64,000 bases of DNA from an uncultured Candidatus Rokubacteria bacterium. GTDB taxonomy: Bacteria; Methylomirabilota; Methylomirabilia; Rokubacteriales; CSP1-6. The stretch is taken from assembly GCA_963747235.1 (NCBI GenBank), contig CAVVEU010000011.1:1-64000 (forward strand). Reading direction: 5' to 3'. A model generated the notes under the pieces. It saw only the letters and a program-made list of their open reading frames with translations. It ran no database searches and was not told the origin of the DNA. Shown here piece by piece: positions 9,975 to 20,468 of this stretch. Every line of letters begins with the position of its first letter. Within the stretch, counting starts at the first letter, position 1. The translations under genes were made by a program, and so were the position numbers.

Positions 9975-10243
9975 ACCATAGCGAGGTCGTCAGCTTTCTC
10001 TGGGGCGTCGCGGACCTCATCCGGGACACCTTCAAGCGCGGCAAGTACCAGGATGTCATCTTGCCGCTCACCGTCCTGCGCCGCCTCGGCTGCGTGCTGG
10101 CCGGCACGAAGGCACGGGTGCTCGCGAAGCAGGCCGAGCTCAAAGGCAAGAAGATCGAGAACCTGGACCCGCAGCTTCGCAAGATCGCCGGCTTCGCGTT
10201 CTACGATGCCGCGGATGTCGGCCTCGATCTCCTCCAGGGGTGA
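9971..10243 (+). pseudogene. hsdM: type I R-M methyltransferase HsdM, N-terminal fragment only
   Basis: VSFLWGVADLIRDTFKRGKYQDVILPLTVLRRL...GFAFY, then diverges and stops; no SAM-binding or NPPF motifs. Confidence 0.88.
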
Positions 10244-10262
10244 CCTTTCGAAGTGTTCGTAA

Positions 10263-10301
10263 CGTCGGGCCTTGTTAATAACCCCCGACGGTTTGTATAC
10301 T
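10263..10301 (+). promoter_or_regulatory. abiE promoter with overlapping inverted repeat (putative AbiEi operator)
   Basis: CGTCGGG(10263)...CCCGACG(10290) palindrome; TTGTTA-N18-TATACT; ATG 7 nt after the -10. Confidence 0.6.
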
Positions 10302-10308
10302 TCCTGCC

Positions 10309-10911
10309 ATGGTCGCTGCCCCGAACGACCGCGCCCTGCGGATGATCGAGAAGATGGGTCTGGCGCGCCCTGCGGAGCTGGAGGCCCGCGGCATCGCGCG
10401 CGGGCGGCTCTACCGCCTTGTCCGGCAAGGCCTCGTCGAGCGGCGCGCGCGGGGCGTCTACGTGGCGGCCGGCCACGCCCCGACGGCGGACCACACGCTC
10501 GCCCAGGTCGCCATCCGTGTGCCGGGGGGCGTCTTCTGCCTGCTCACGGCCCTGCGCTTTCACGGCCTGACCACGCAGTCGCCCGCCGAGGTCTGGATCG
10601 CGCTCCCGGAGAAGGCGCGCAAGCCCCGCATGGACTATCCGCGCCTGCGGGTGGCGCGCTTCTCGGGCCCGGCACTCACCGAAGGCATCGAGCGGCACCG
10701 CGTGGAAGGCGTCGAGATGCGCGTCTACTCGGCGGCGAAGACCGTGGCCGACTGCTTCAAGTACCGCAACAAGCTGGGCATCGACGTCGCGGTCGAGGCC
10801 CTGCGCGATTTCAGTCGTCGCAATCGGGGAGGCGCGACCGAGCTGGCGCGGTTCGCCCGCATCTGCCGGGTCACCCGCGTCATGCAGCCTTATCTGGACG
10901 CGATCGCATGA
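10309..10911 (+). CDS. abiEi: type IV TA antitoxin AbiEi family
   Basis: wHTH LVERRARGVY, CLLTALRFHGLTTQ, YSAAKTVADCFKYRNKLG. Confidence 0.92.
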   Translation: MVAAPNDRALRMIEKMGLARPAELEARGIARGRLYRLVRQGLVERRARGVYVAAGHAPTADHTLAQVAIRVPGGVFCLLTALRFHGLTTQSPAEVWIALPEKARKPRMDYPRLRVARFSGPALTEGIERHRVEGVEMRVYSAAKTVADCFKYRNKLGIDVAVEALRDFSRRNRGGATELARFARICRVTRVMQPYLDAIA

Positions 10912-11823
10912 CCAACGAGAAGAGGAACCTGCCGGCCTCAGTTGCCGCGCGGCTCCTCGATCGAGCCAGGCAGACGGGCGACGAGTTCCAGACGCTGCTC
11001 ACCGCCTACTGCTTCGAGCGCTTCCTGTATCGTCTCGGCGTCTCCGGGCTGCGCGACCGCTTCGTGCTCAAGGGCGCGATGCTCCTGCGCGTGTGGGCGG
11101 ATCAACCGTACCGCACGACGCGGGATCTCGATCTGCTGCGGCGGGGCGAAGGCTCGTTCGACGCCATCCGCACAGACCTCCAGGCAATCTGCGCGATGCG
11201 GGTAGACCCGGACGCGGATCGAGTTCGACGCCGGCGCGATCCGCATCGAGGCGATTCGCGCCGAGGACGAGTACGCCGGCACCCGCGCGGCGCTGCCGGC
11301 CCGGTGTGGCTCGGCACGCCTTCCGCTCCAGATCGACATGGGGCTCGGCGATTCGGTGTGGCCGGCGCCGCAGCCGTGCGCCTACCCCGCTCTGCTAGAC
11401 TTCCCCGCGCCCGACGTGCTGGCCTACCCGCGCGAGGCAGTCGTGGCGGAGAAGCTCGAGGCGCTGGTGATCCTCGGCGACCGCAACAGCCGCATCAAGG
11501 ACTTCTTCGATCTGCACTACCTCGGGACCCGCTTCGCCTTCGACCGGGCGACGCTGGCGGAAGCCGTGCGCCGGACCTTCGCCCGGCGCCGCACGCCGAT
11601 CCCGATGGAGGCGCCGATCGGGCTCACACGCGCCTACTGGGAGAATCCATCGCGTCCGCCCCAGGTGCGGGCGTTCGCCCGGCGGGCGGGACTGACCCTG
11701 CCCGAGGACCCGGGGCGGGAGTTCACCGAGCTGCTCGGCGGGTTCCTGCTCCCGCTGTTTGAGGACCTGCGCCGTGGCAGACCGGTTGAGGGAGCTTGGT
11801 CCCCCGGCGGTCCGTGGCGATGA
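10908..11823 (+). CDS. abiEii: type IV TA toxin AbiEii nucleotidyltransferase (1 indel near 11216)
   Basis: ERFLYRL, FVLKGAMLL, RTTRDLDLL, QIDMGLGD, AEKLEA, NSRIKDFFDL. Confidence 0.9.
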
Positions 11824-12312
11824 GCGCGCGGCGGTTCAAGCCGCACCCGGCCTACAAGGAGTCCGGCGTTGAGTGGTTGGGGGAGATTCCGGGGCATTGG
11901 GAGGTCAAGCGGCTCAAGACGGTAGCTTCAGTGCAACTCAGCAACGTCGACAAGAAATCGCTCGAGGGTCAAGAGCCTGTGCGCCTCTGTAACTATACTG
12001 ACGTGTACTACCACGAACGGATCACGCCTGACTTGGACTTCATGAACGCGACGGCGACGCCAGAACAGACATCCTGCTTCTCTCTCAGCGAAGGCGACAT
12101 CCTGATCACCAAGGACTCGGAGTCGTGGACGACATCGCAGTTCCTACAGTGATTGTGGAGCACCTGCCGGGAGTGCGGTGCGGATATCACCTCGCGCACA
12201 TCAGACCGCACCGGGCGTGCCACGGACCGTTTCTCGCGCGGGCCTTCAGCGCGATCGGCCCACGGGATCAGTTCCAGGTGGCGGCGAATGGGATCACCCG
12301 TTTCGGGCTCAC
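11820..12312 (+). pseudogene. hsdS: type I R-M specificity subunit HsdS, first TRD fragment
   Basis: YKESGVEWLGEIPGHWEVKRLK, SNVDKK, GDILITKDSE, CGYHLA, ANGITRFGL, then homology is lost; no hsdR. Confidence 0.88.
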
Positions 12313-12415
12313 AACATGGCATGAGGGCGTTTCGAGTTGGCCGCCACGCCGCCGCCCGCCCTCGGTTGGGCTATGTCGGGGAATGGAGCGAGAGCAGGTT
12401 CTCCAGTGAGGGCGG

Positions 12416-13330
12416 CTAGCTGTACAGGTCGATCAGCTCCTGCAGCGCCGCCATCTGGTTGCCCTTTGCAGACGACGGCACCACGATCAGCGTCTTCACG
12501 CCCGCCGCGTACCAGGCCTCGACGCCGTCGCGCACTTCCGTCGCGCTGCCGTAGAGCGTGACCTGGGAGAGCCAGCGGTCGGACATCAGCGACGGGATCT
12601 TGTCCTCCTGCCCCGCCGCGATGGCCTTGCGGATCGCCTGCATCTCGTCCTCGAACCCGGCCTCGATCCAGTAGTTCTGGTAGTTCGGCAGCTTCACGTA
12701 GCCGGTCAGGGTGCGGCGGTTCACCGCGGCGGCGGCGGCGCGGTCGGTGTCGATGCAGGTCGGCACCATGTTGCCGATGAAGAAGTCGGGGCCGGTGCGC
12801 GCGGCGTCGGGCAGGGCCTTGAGCGACTCGGGCATGTGCGAGCGCGCCGCGTTGGCCCACACCGCGCCCTGGGCGATCTCGGCCGACAGCGCGGTCATCT
12901 TCTTCCGGAGGGTCGCGAGGGTGATCGGGGGCAGCTCGCCCGCCAGCTTGGCGCCCGCCTGGAGGTCCTGCACGAAGCGGCGCATGTCCTCGAGCGGCTT
13001 GCCCGGCTTGATGCCGAGCCGATCGTGCGTCGGGCCGTGGCTGATGCCGACGCCGAAGCGAAAGCGCCCGCCGGACAGCTCGTGGATCAGCGCGGCGGTC
13101 TGGGCGAAGTCGAGGGCGTGGCGGGTGTAGATGTTGGCGATGCTGGTGCCGAACGGGATGGTGCGGGTGGCGAGCGCGATGGCCTCGCAGAGGCCGAGGC
13201 CGTCGCCCAGGCTCGGGCAGTAGAGCCCGGTGAAGCCCTCCTCCTCGAGGCGCTTGGCCATCTCCACGGTGGCCTTGCGGCGGCCGGGGACGGCGGCGAG
13301 GCTGACCGCGGGCTTGCGCGTCACCGCCAC
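12416..13330 (-). CDS. LLM-class flavin-dependent oxidoreductase
   Basis: FGTSIANIYTR, ELSGGRFRFGVGISH. Confidence 0.88.
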   Translation of the reverse strand: MAVTRKPAVSLAAVPGRRKATVEMAKRLEEEGFTGLYCPSLGDGLGLCEAIALATRTIPFGTSIANIYTRHALDFAQTAALIHELSGGRFRFGVGISHGPTHDRLGIKPGKPLEDMRRFVQDLQAGAKLAGELPPITLATLRKKMTALSAEIAQGAVWANAARSHMPESLKALPDAARTGPDFFIGNMVPTCIDTDRAAAAAVNRRTLTGYVKLPNYQNYWIEAGFEDEMQAIRKAIAAGQEDKIPSLMSDRWLSQVTLYGSATEVRDGVEAWYAAGVKTLIVVPSSAKGNQMAALQELIDLYS

Positions 13331-13941
13331 GGAACCGGTCCGCCCCACTTGTTGAGCGAGGTGGTCTCCGTGGTCGGCTTCCGCTTGCTCGGGCCGTACG
13401 GCACGGCCGGGTAGCCGAGCGGGATGCAGAAGTGGAAGGTCATCTCCTTGGGGATGTCGAACATCGCGTGGAAGCGGTCCATCACCTTGGCGTGCAGCGT
13501 GGTGGGCAGCGAGCCGATGCCGAGGGCGTGCGCGGCCAGCATGAGGTTCTGGCAGGCCGGGATCACCGAGTTGGCGCCGCCGCCCGGGGCGGTGAAGGCG
13601 AAGACGACGCACGGGGCGTCCTTCATGTCCTCGGACAGGCCCATCGCCGAGCGGTGGTTCTTGTCGGTGAGCGGGATGTCCTCGGGTTTCGTCCACTTGT
13701 GGTCGTCCCAGCGCTTGGCCCACCACGCTTCCTTGTAGAGCGCGCCGAACTCGCGGATCTTCGCGCGGTCGTTCACGATCAGGAAGCGGGCCACCTGGTT
13801 GTTGCCGCCGTTGGGGGCCTTCACCGCGGCCTCCATCAGCAGGTGCAGATCCTCGACCAGGATGGGATCAGGGCGAAGCTTTCGAGTAGACCGCTGGGTG
13901 AAGATCGCGTTGCCGATGGGCATGGTCAGACGGTCCTGCAT
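13321..13941 (-). CDS. nitroreductase family
   Basis: TQRSTRKL, APNGGNNQ, QNLMLAAHALGIGS, IPLGYP; SD AGGAGG. Confidence 0.9.
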   Translation of the reverse strand: MQDRLTMPIGNAIFTQRSTRKLRPDPILVEDLHLLMEAAVKAPNGGNNQVARFLIVNDRAKIREFGALYKEAWWAKRWDDHKWTKPEDIPLTDKNHRSAMGLSEDMKDAPCVVFAFTAPGGGANSVIPACQNLMLAAHALGIGSLPTTLHAKVMDRFHAMFDIPKEMTFHFCIPLGYPAVPYGPSKRKPTTETTSLNKWGGPVPWR

Positions 13942-13965
13942 GGGCTCACCTCCTGAGGGTGGACG

Positions 13966-14638
13966 TCACGCGGCGAGCACGCGCGCGAGCCAGCGGGCGA
14001 CGTCGGCGATCTCTTCCGCCGAGACGGAGTGCGGGATCGGGTACTGGTGCCAGTCGATCTGGTAGCCGAGCTCGCCGAGCTGGGCGCGCCCCTGCTCGGC
14101 CATGGCCTGCGGGATCATCGGATCGTGGAGGCCGTGGGCCCAGAAGATCGGCACGTCGCGGTTCGCGGGCGACAGCTCGGTGTCGAGCGTGTTGGCGATC
14201 GGCAGGTAGCAGGAGAGCGCGAGGATCCCCGCGAGCCGGTCCGGGTGGCGCAGGCCCACGTGGAGCGCCATGGCGCCGCCCTGGGAGAAGCCGGCCACCA
14301 CGATGCGGCCGGGCGCGATGCCGCGCTGCCGCTCTCGCGCGAGCAGCGCCTCGACCTGCCGCGCCGACTGGCGCACGCCGGCCTCGTCCTCGCGGCGCAC
14401 GCCCGCGAGCGCGCGGATGTCGTACCACGCGCGCATGACGTGCCCCTGGTTGATGGTGACGGGCCGGAGGGGCGCGTGCGGGAACACGAAGCGGACGCGC
14501 GTCGTGGCGGGCAGGCGCAGCTCGGGCACGATCGGCTCGAAGTCGTGCCCGTCGGCGCCGAGGCCGTGCATCCAGACGACGGACGCGTCCGGATTCGGGG
14601 CGGTCTCGATCTCGAGGGACGTCCAGCAGGTCGGCCAT
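13966..14638 (-). CDS. phospholipase/carboxylesterase (indel near start)
   Basis: MHGLGADG, FPHAP, AWYDI, GFSQGG, HGLHDPMI, HSV. Confidence 0.92.
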
Positions 14639-14640
14639 GG

Positions 14641-14734
14641 GGGTTCCCCTCACCCTGCCCTCTCCCCGGAGGGGAGAGGAAGAACGGGGAACCCTCGCCC
14701 CCGAAGGGGGAGAGGGCAGGGTGAGGGGGGACCC
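14641..14734. repeat. REP doublet (CCCTCACCCTGCCCTCTCCCC...GGGGAGAGGG family)
   Basis: Two inverted REP units forming a long hairpin between genes. Confidence 0.85.
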
Positions 14735-14738
14735 GGCG

Positions 14739-15113
14739 CTACCGGCACTCCTTCACCCAGTCCGCCGTCTCCACCGTCACGCGATAGCGCGCGCCCGCGT
14801 CGGCCACGGGCACCGTGAACAGCGAGCGCCCGCCCGACAGGACGTCGCCCACCACGCGCCGCCGGTAGCTGCCCGCCACCGCGCCGTCAGCGCCGAGCTG
14901 ATCCACGCGCAGCCAGACATTGGCCGCGTCCTTGATGTTGCTGTTGTGGAGATACCCGACCACCTGTGGCCGTCCCGCGCGCGTGGACTCGACGGTCCAC
15001 TCGGGTCGCAGCGAGTCGGCATACGGGACGTAGGGACCCTGCGCCGCCGCGCCCGCGACGGCGCCCAGCAGCAGCGCGGAGGTCATGGCAAACACCCGGG
15101 CCAGGCTCGACAT
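14739..15113 (-). CDS. secreted Ig-like (FxLYD-like) hypothetical protein
   Basis: Signal peptide; VVGYLHN..AANVWLRVDQL..VGDVLSGGRSLF. Confidence 0.6.
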   Translation of the reverse strand: MSSLARVFAMTSALLLGAVAGAAAQGPYVPYADSLRPEWTVESTRAGRPQVVGYLHNSNIKDAANVWLRVDQLGADGAVAGSYRRRVVGDVLSGGRSLFTVPVADAGARYRVTVETADWVKECR

Positions 15114-15168
15114 GGGCCCGAGTGTACCGCCACACCGCCGTTCTTGTCTCCTGCGGTAAAGTAGGGTT

Positions 15169-16846
15169 GTGACGCGACCTTCGCCGGGCTTCCGGGCTGA
15201 CCGCCGCGTTCCTCGCCCTCTTGCTGACCACCGCCGCCGCGCCGCCCGCGCCTCCGGCCGCGGCCGATCTGCAGGCGCACGTGCGGGCCCTGACCGCGCC
15301 GGAGATGGAGGGGCGCGGCTCCGCCACGCCCGGCGGCGACCGCGCGGCCCGCTACATCGCGGCCGAGCTGGCGCGGCTCGGGCTCCAGCCCGGCGGGGAC
15401 GCGGGCACCTTCTTCCAGGAGTTCGTGCTGGGCGAGACGCCGCGGGCCGGCGCCGGCAGTCGGCTCGCGCCGGCGGGGCCCGCCACCCAGCCGTTGGCCG
15501 TCGGGCAGGCGTGGATGCCGCACGGCGGCTCGACCGTCGGCCGCGTCTCGGGTGAGCTGGTCTTCGTCGGCCACGACGACTACGCGGACGTGGACGTGCG
15601 CGGTTGCATCGCGCTCGCGCTGGCCGGTGCGCCGGGAGCGGCGGCGCGCGCGTCGCGGCTCGAGAAGCTGATCGCGGCGCGCCGGGCGGGCGCCCAGGCG
15701 CTGCTCATCGTCGAGGACACGCTGCCCGCGGTGGCCGCGACCGCGGCGCCGGTGGCGCTGCTCTCGGGCAGCATCACCCGCGCGGGCGCCGACGCGCTCC
15801 TCGCCGGCGCCGGCAAGACGCTCGACGGCCTGGCTCGCGGCGTCACCGGCGCGCGCGTGGACCTCGAGGTGGAGCTCGGACGCGAGCAGCTCCGCGCCGC
15901 GAACGTGATCGGGGTGCTCCCCGGCGCCGATCCCGCCCTCGCCCGGGAGGCGGTGGTGATCGGCGCGCACTACGATCATCTCGGGCGCGAGGGCGCGTCG
16001 GTCTACCACGGCGCCGACGACAACGCGTCCGGCACCGCGCTAGTCCTGGGCCTTGCGCGCTCCTTCGCGGCGGCGCGCCCGCCCCGCACCCTGGTGTTCA
16101 TTCTCTTCGCGGGCGAGGAGCTCGGGCTGCTCGGGTCCTCGCATCACGTGGGCAAGCCCTCCGTGGTACCGGTCGATCGCATGGCGGCCATGCTCAACTT
16201 CGACATGGTCGGGCGGCTGGACGGCCGGCGCCTCTTCGTGGGCGGCGTGGATACCGGCGCGAGCTTCCGCCCGCTCGTCGAGGCGGCGGGCCGCGACGTC
16301 GGGCTCGATCTCGAGGTGCGTGGCTCGGGTGGCGGCGCGTCCGATCACTCGCGCTTCCACGCCGCGGGGGTGCCGGTGCTCTTCTTCCACAGCGGGCAGC
16401 ACGCGGACTATCACCAGCCCTCGGACACCGCGGACCGGATCGACGTCGCCGGCATGGCCCGGATCGCCGACCTGGGCGCGCGCGTCGCCGCGCGGGTCGC
16501 GGAGGGGCCGCGACCGGTCTTCGCGCAGGGCCCCGCGCCCGCGCGTCGCTCCGCGCGCGCGGCGCCCGCCGAGCGCGCGGGCGGCGCGTTCCTCGGCATC
16601 GCCGCGGACACGCGCGCCGGCTGGGACGGCGTGCGGCTCGGCTCGGTCGTGCCCGGCAGCGCGGCCGAGAAGGCCGGCCTGCGCGCGGGCGACGTGCTGG
16701 TCCGCCTGGCCGACACGGGCCTGCACGGGTTTGCAGACCTGCGCGCGCAGCTCGATCGCCGCCGGCCCGGCGAGACCCTGCGGCTGGTCTACCTTCGTGA
16801 AGGGCTGGATCACGCGACCTCGGTGACGCTCGACACCCGGCCGTGA
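15169..16846 (+). CDS. M28 family aminopeptidase with PA-like and C-terminal PDZ domains (indel near start)
   Basis: MEGRG, GAHYDHLG, GADDNASG, GEELGLLGS, SDH, DYHQPSD, SAAEKAGLRAGDV. Confidence 0.9.
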
Positions 16847-18327
16847 GCCTGGCGCTCGCGGTTACCGCCGCATCGTGCCATCTGCGCAACCTGCGCACGC
16901 GGCTGCCGTTCCGCTACGGCGTGGTCACGCTCACCCATTTTCCGCTGCTCCACCTGGCGGTGGACGTGGAGGCGGCCGACGGGCGCCGCGCGCGCGGCTT
17001 CGCGGCCGACAACCTGCCGCCGAAGTGGTTCGACAAGGATCCGGCCAAGAGCTTCCGCGACAACGTCGCCGACCAGCTCGCGTCCATCCGCGCCGCGCAG
17101 GCCGCGTATCTCGACGCGGGCCGGACGCCGCGGCCGGTCTGGGACATCTGGCAGGAGGCCTACGCGGCCTGCGCGCGCGGTGGCCCCGCGCTCGGGCTCA
17201 ACGGGCTCACCGCGGCCTTCGGCTCGTCCCTGTTCGAGCGCGCCCTGGCCGACGCGGCGGGACGTCTCACGGGCCGCGACGTGGTCGGGATGCTGCGCGA
17301 CGACGTGCTCGGCATCCGCCCCGAGGCGGTGCACCCCGAGCTGACGCGCGCCGACCTGCTGGCGTGGGCCAGCCGCCCCGCGCCCGACACTGTCGCGGCC
17401 CGGCACACCGTGGGCCTGCTCGATCCCATCGTCGCGAGCGATGTGCCCGTCGACGGGTGGCTGCACGACGGCCTGCCGCAGACGCTCGAGGAATGCGTGC
17501 GCGCGCACGGCCTGCGCCACTTCAAGTTGAAGGTCGGTGGCCAGCTCGGGGACGACGTGGAGCGCCTCACCCGCATCGCGGCGACGCTCGACCGGTTGAT
17601 TCCCGACGCCTACCTGGCGACGCTCGACGGCAACGAGCAGTACAAGACGATGGCCGACTTCGCCGCGCTGGTGGAGGCCATCGAGAAGACCCCGGCGCTG
17701 GCGCGTCTCTGGCGCTCGACCGCGTTCATCGAGCAGCCGCTCGACCGCGGGATCGCGCTCGACGCCGCGGCCACCGAGGGGCTCGCCGCGCTCGGCCGCC
17801 GCGTGCCCATCATCATCGACGAGAGTGACGGCGATCTCGAGGCCTTCCCCCGGGCCCTCGCGCTCGGCTACCGCGGGGTCTCCACCAAGAACTGCAAGGG
17901 GATCATGAAGTCGTTCCTCAATCGCTCGCTGGTCGAGCGACGGAACGCGGGGCGGCCCGAGCCCGCGCGCCTCTTCATGAGCGCGGAGGATCTGACCAAT
18001 GTGCCGGTGGTGCCGGTGCAGCAGGACCTGGCCACGGTGCGGGCGCTCGGCATCACCCACGTCGAGCGCAATGGCCACCACTACGTGCGCGGCCTCGCGC
18101 ACTGCTCGCCGCGCGAACGGGCCGCCGCGCTCCGCCATCACGCCGATCTCTACACCGGCGACGAGCGCGAGGCGTGGCTGCGCATCGAGAACGGCCGCCT
18201 GCGGGTGGGCTCGCTGGCCACGCCCGGCTACGGCGTGGGGTTCGAGCCGGATCTGGCCGCGATGATCCCGCTCGAGCGCTGGAGCTTCGACTCGCTCGAG
18301 GCGAGCGCGCCCGACGCGGGCCGGTGA
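16843..18327 (+). CDS. enolase-superfamily protein (uncharacterised subfamily)
   Basis: RLPFRYG, FKLKVGG, LDGNEQY, FIEQP, IIDESD, KNCKG, EDLT, ERNGHHY. Confidence 0.8.
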   Translation: MSLALAVTAASCHLRNLRTRLPFRYGVVTLTHFPLLHLAVDVEAADGRRARGFAADNLPPKWFDKDPAKSFRDNVADQLASIRAAQAAYLDAGRTPRPVWDIWQEAYAACARGGPALGLNGLTAAFGSSLFERALADAAGRLTGRDVVGMLRDDVLGIRPEAVHPELTRADLLAWASRPAPDTVAARHTVGLLDPIVASDVPVDGWLHDGLPQTLEECVRAHGLRHFKLKVGGQLGDDVERLTRIAATLDRLIPDAYLATLDGNEQYKTMADFAALVEAIEKTPALARLWRSTAFIEQPLDRGIALDAAATEGLAALGRRVPIIIDESDGDLEAFPRALALGYRGVSTKNCKGIMKSFLNRSLVERRNAGRPEPARLFMSAEDLTNVPVVPVQQDLATVRALGITHVERNGHHYVRGLAHCSPRERAAALRHHADLYTGDEREAWLRIENGRLRVGSLATPGYGVGFEPDLAAMIPLERWSFDSLEASAPDAGR

Positions 18328-18331
18328 GGGG

Positions 18332-19606
18332 CTAGAGCGCGGCGGCCTCGTCGCGCGCGGTGACCGCGGCGGCCTCCGCGAGGAGCGTGTACTTGGCCAG
18401 CGTGCGCGTGGCGAGCGCGGCGGGCCGGTGGCCCGTGTCGATCCAGCCCAGCAGCTCGTCGAGGAGCTCGGCGAAATGGGCCTCGTGGCCCACGTCGAGT
18501 ACCGGGGGCACGTCGATCTCGTGGCTCGCGGCGTCCACCGCGCGGGCCTGGGCGCCCGGCCATTCGCCGCCGGCCAGCACCCGGGCGAGATGGCGCGCGG
18601 TCTCCGTGGCGTCGCCGCGGGCCTCGACGACCACGCGCCGCCGGAAGCCCGTCTCCTCGCTCACCTCGACCTGGATCGTCGCGGCGCGGCCGCGCAGGAC
18701 CAGGCGCGAGGTGTCGCCGCCGCCGGGCGGGGAGGAGACGTCCCAGCGCGTGGCGGCGCGCGCGGTCACGCCGCGGAGCCGGTAGGCGAGCTCCGCGTTG
18801 CAGAAGACGCGCAGCGCGTCGCCCTCCACCGCGTCGCGCAGCTCGGGCGGCACGCCGGGCGCGCCGGTGATGCGCGTGAAGACGTCCACCGGGACCCGCG
18901 TGGACCAGCCGCGCGCGGTGAGGAGCGTCGGCGCGTCGTCCGGCGCGGCGTCGGTGTCGAGCAGCCACTGGGCCTGATCCACCTGGTGGGTGGGGATGTC
19001 CACCGCGCCGCTGCCCTGGACGCGCGCGTCGAAGAACCACCACGGACGGCGGAGCGGCGCGCCGTCCACGCGCTTCTCGAAGTGGTGGACGCTCTCCTGC
19101 TCGATGGCGGGCCTCGCGGTGTCGGTCGCGAAGCCGCCGAATACGTCCGGGTCGTCCACCAGCCGCTTGACGAGGCGCCCGATCGTGTCGCGCCGGCCGG
19201 TCATCATCTCGCGCGCGATCGGGCCGCCGGCCAGGCTCGCCTGGATCTCGGCGAGGTCCGCCGGCTCCACCAGCCAGGGCTTGTCGGCCAGCACGTGGAG
19301 GCCGGAGGCGTGGAGGCGGCGCATCACCCGGGCCTTGCCGCCGTTCTTGCCGGCCAGCACCACCACGTCGCCCGGTCGCTCGGCGAGGAGCTGGTCGAGG
19401 GGATCGGCGGAGAGCCGCACGCGGGGCCGCCAGGCGGTGGGGCGCTCCGCGCGGGTGTTGAAGCGCTCGACCAGCGCCAGGAAGGCGTCCAGCTCCGGCC
19501 CCGCGGTCGCGTAGACGAAGATTTCCGGCGAGACGGCGGCGTGCGCGGCTCGCAGGGTGAGCGTCGCGTGGAAGTGGCCGGGCTCGAGGAAGGTGAGGGT
19601 GTGCAC
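18332..19606 (-). CDS. Gfo/Idh/MocA-like oxidoreductase with C-terminal domain
   Basis: LEPGHFHA, VLADKPW, MMTGR, SVHHFEK, QGSGAVD..THQVD, GHEAHF; GTG 7 nt after TAGCTT. Confidence 0.75.
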   Translation of the reverse strand: MHTLTFLEPGHFHATLTLRAAHAAVSPEIFVYATAGPELDAFLALVERFNTRAERPTAWRPRVRLSADPLDQLLAERPGDVVVLAGKNGGKARVMRRLHASGLHVLADKPWLVEPADLAEIQASLAGGPIAREMMTGRRDTIGRLVKRLVDDPDVFGGFATDTARPAIEQESVHHFEKRVDGAPLRRPWWFFDARVQGSGAVDIPTHQVDQAQWLLDTDAAPDDAPTLLTARGWSTRVPVDVFTRITGAPGVPPELRDAVEGDALRVFCNAELAYRLRGVTARAATRWDVSSPPGGGDTSRLVLRGRAATIQVEVSEETGFRRRVVVEARGDATETARHLARVLAGGEWPGAQARAVDAASHEIDVPPVLDVGHEAHFAELLDELLGWIDTGHRPAALATRTLAKYTLLAEAAAVTARDEAAAL

Positions 19607-19680
19607 GGCAGCGAAGCTAGAGCCTAGCACATTGCCCTCCCGCGCCCGGGGCGCGTCGAGTACTATGGCCGTGCTCTCCG

Positions 19681-20448
19681 ATGACCGGCACCGGACGCGC
19701 GCTCGCCCGATACCTCCCCGCCGCCGCGCTCTTCGTCGCGCTCATCGTGGCCTGGCAGCTCGCGGTGACGGTGCTGCGGGTGCGCGAGTACCTGCTGCCC
19801 GCGCCGCTGACGGTGGCGCGCGCGATGCTGGGCGACGAGATCCCGTGGCTGCGGCATCTCGGCATCACGTCGCTCGAGATCGTGGGCGCCTTCGCGCTGG
19901 CCGGCGCGGCGGGAGTCGCGCTCGGGGTGGTGGTCGCGTGGTCGCCGCTGCTCGCGCGGGCGCTGCTGCCCTTCCTGGTCTTCGTCAACACGCTCCCGAA
20001 GGTGGCGGTGGCGCCGCTCTTCCTGCTCTGGATGGGCTACGGCGTGCTGCCCAACATGCTGATCGGCGCGCTGATCGGGTTCTTTCCCGTCGTCATCAAC
20101 ACCGCGATGGGCCTGACCCAGGTGGACGAGGAGCTGCTGGATCTGGGGCGCGTCTTCAACGCGCCCAAGTGGAAAGTGTTCGCCAAGATCCGGATCCCCA
20201 ACGCCTATCCATATATCCTGAGCGCGCTCAAGATCACCGCGACCGCGGCGGTGGTGGGCGCCATCGTCGGGGAGTTCGTCGCCTCGCAGCAGGGGCTCGG
20301 CTACGTGATCGTCACCACGCAGGGCAGCATGAACACGCCGGTGGCCTTCGCCGCGCTCGTCTGGATCTCGCTGGTCGGCCTGGCGGTGTACGGGCTGGTG
20401 GTGCTGGCCGCGCGGCAGATCGCGCCGTGGGCAGAAACCGTGGAGTAA
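19681..20448 (+). CDS. ABC transporter permease (NitT/TauT family)
   Basis: PKVAVAPLFLLWMGYG, FFPVVIN, VVGAIVGEF. Confidence 0.9.
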   Translation: MTGTGRALARYLPAAALFVALIVAWQLAVTVLRVREYLLPAPLTVARAMLGDEIPWLRHLGITSLEIVGAFALAGAAGVALGVVVAWSPLLARALLPFLVFVNTLPKVAVAPLFLLWMGYGVLPNMLIGALIGFFPVVINTAMGLTQVDEELLDLGRVFNAPKWKVFAKIRIPNAYPYILSALKITATAAVVGAIVGEFVASQQGLGYVIVTTQGSMNTPVAFAALVWISLVGLAVYGLVVLAARQIAPWAETVE

Positions 20449-20468
20449 GGAGCAAAGGAGGACATTCC

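Noticed and set aside
9600-12420. Attachment sites or target duplication bounding the defence islet
   Set aside because: Only weak 6-bp similarities (GTGAGG, GGCTAG); no integrase or tRNA.
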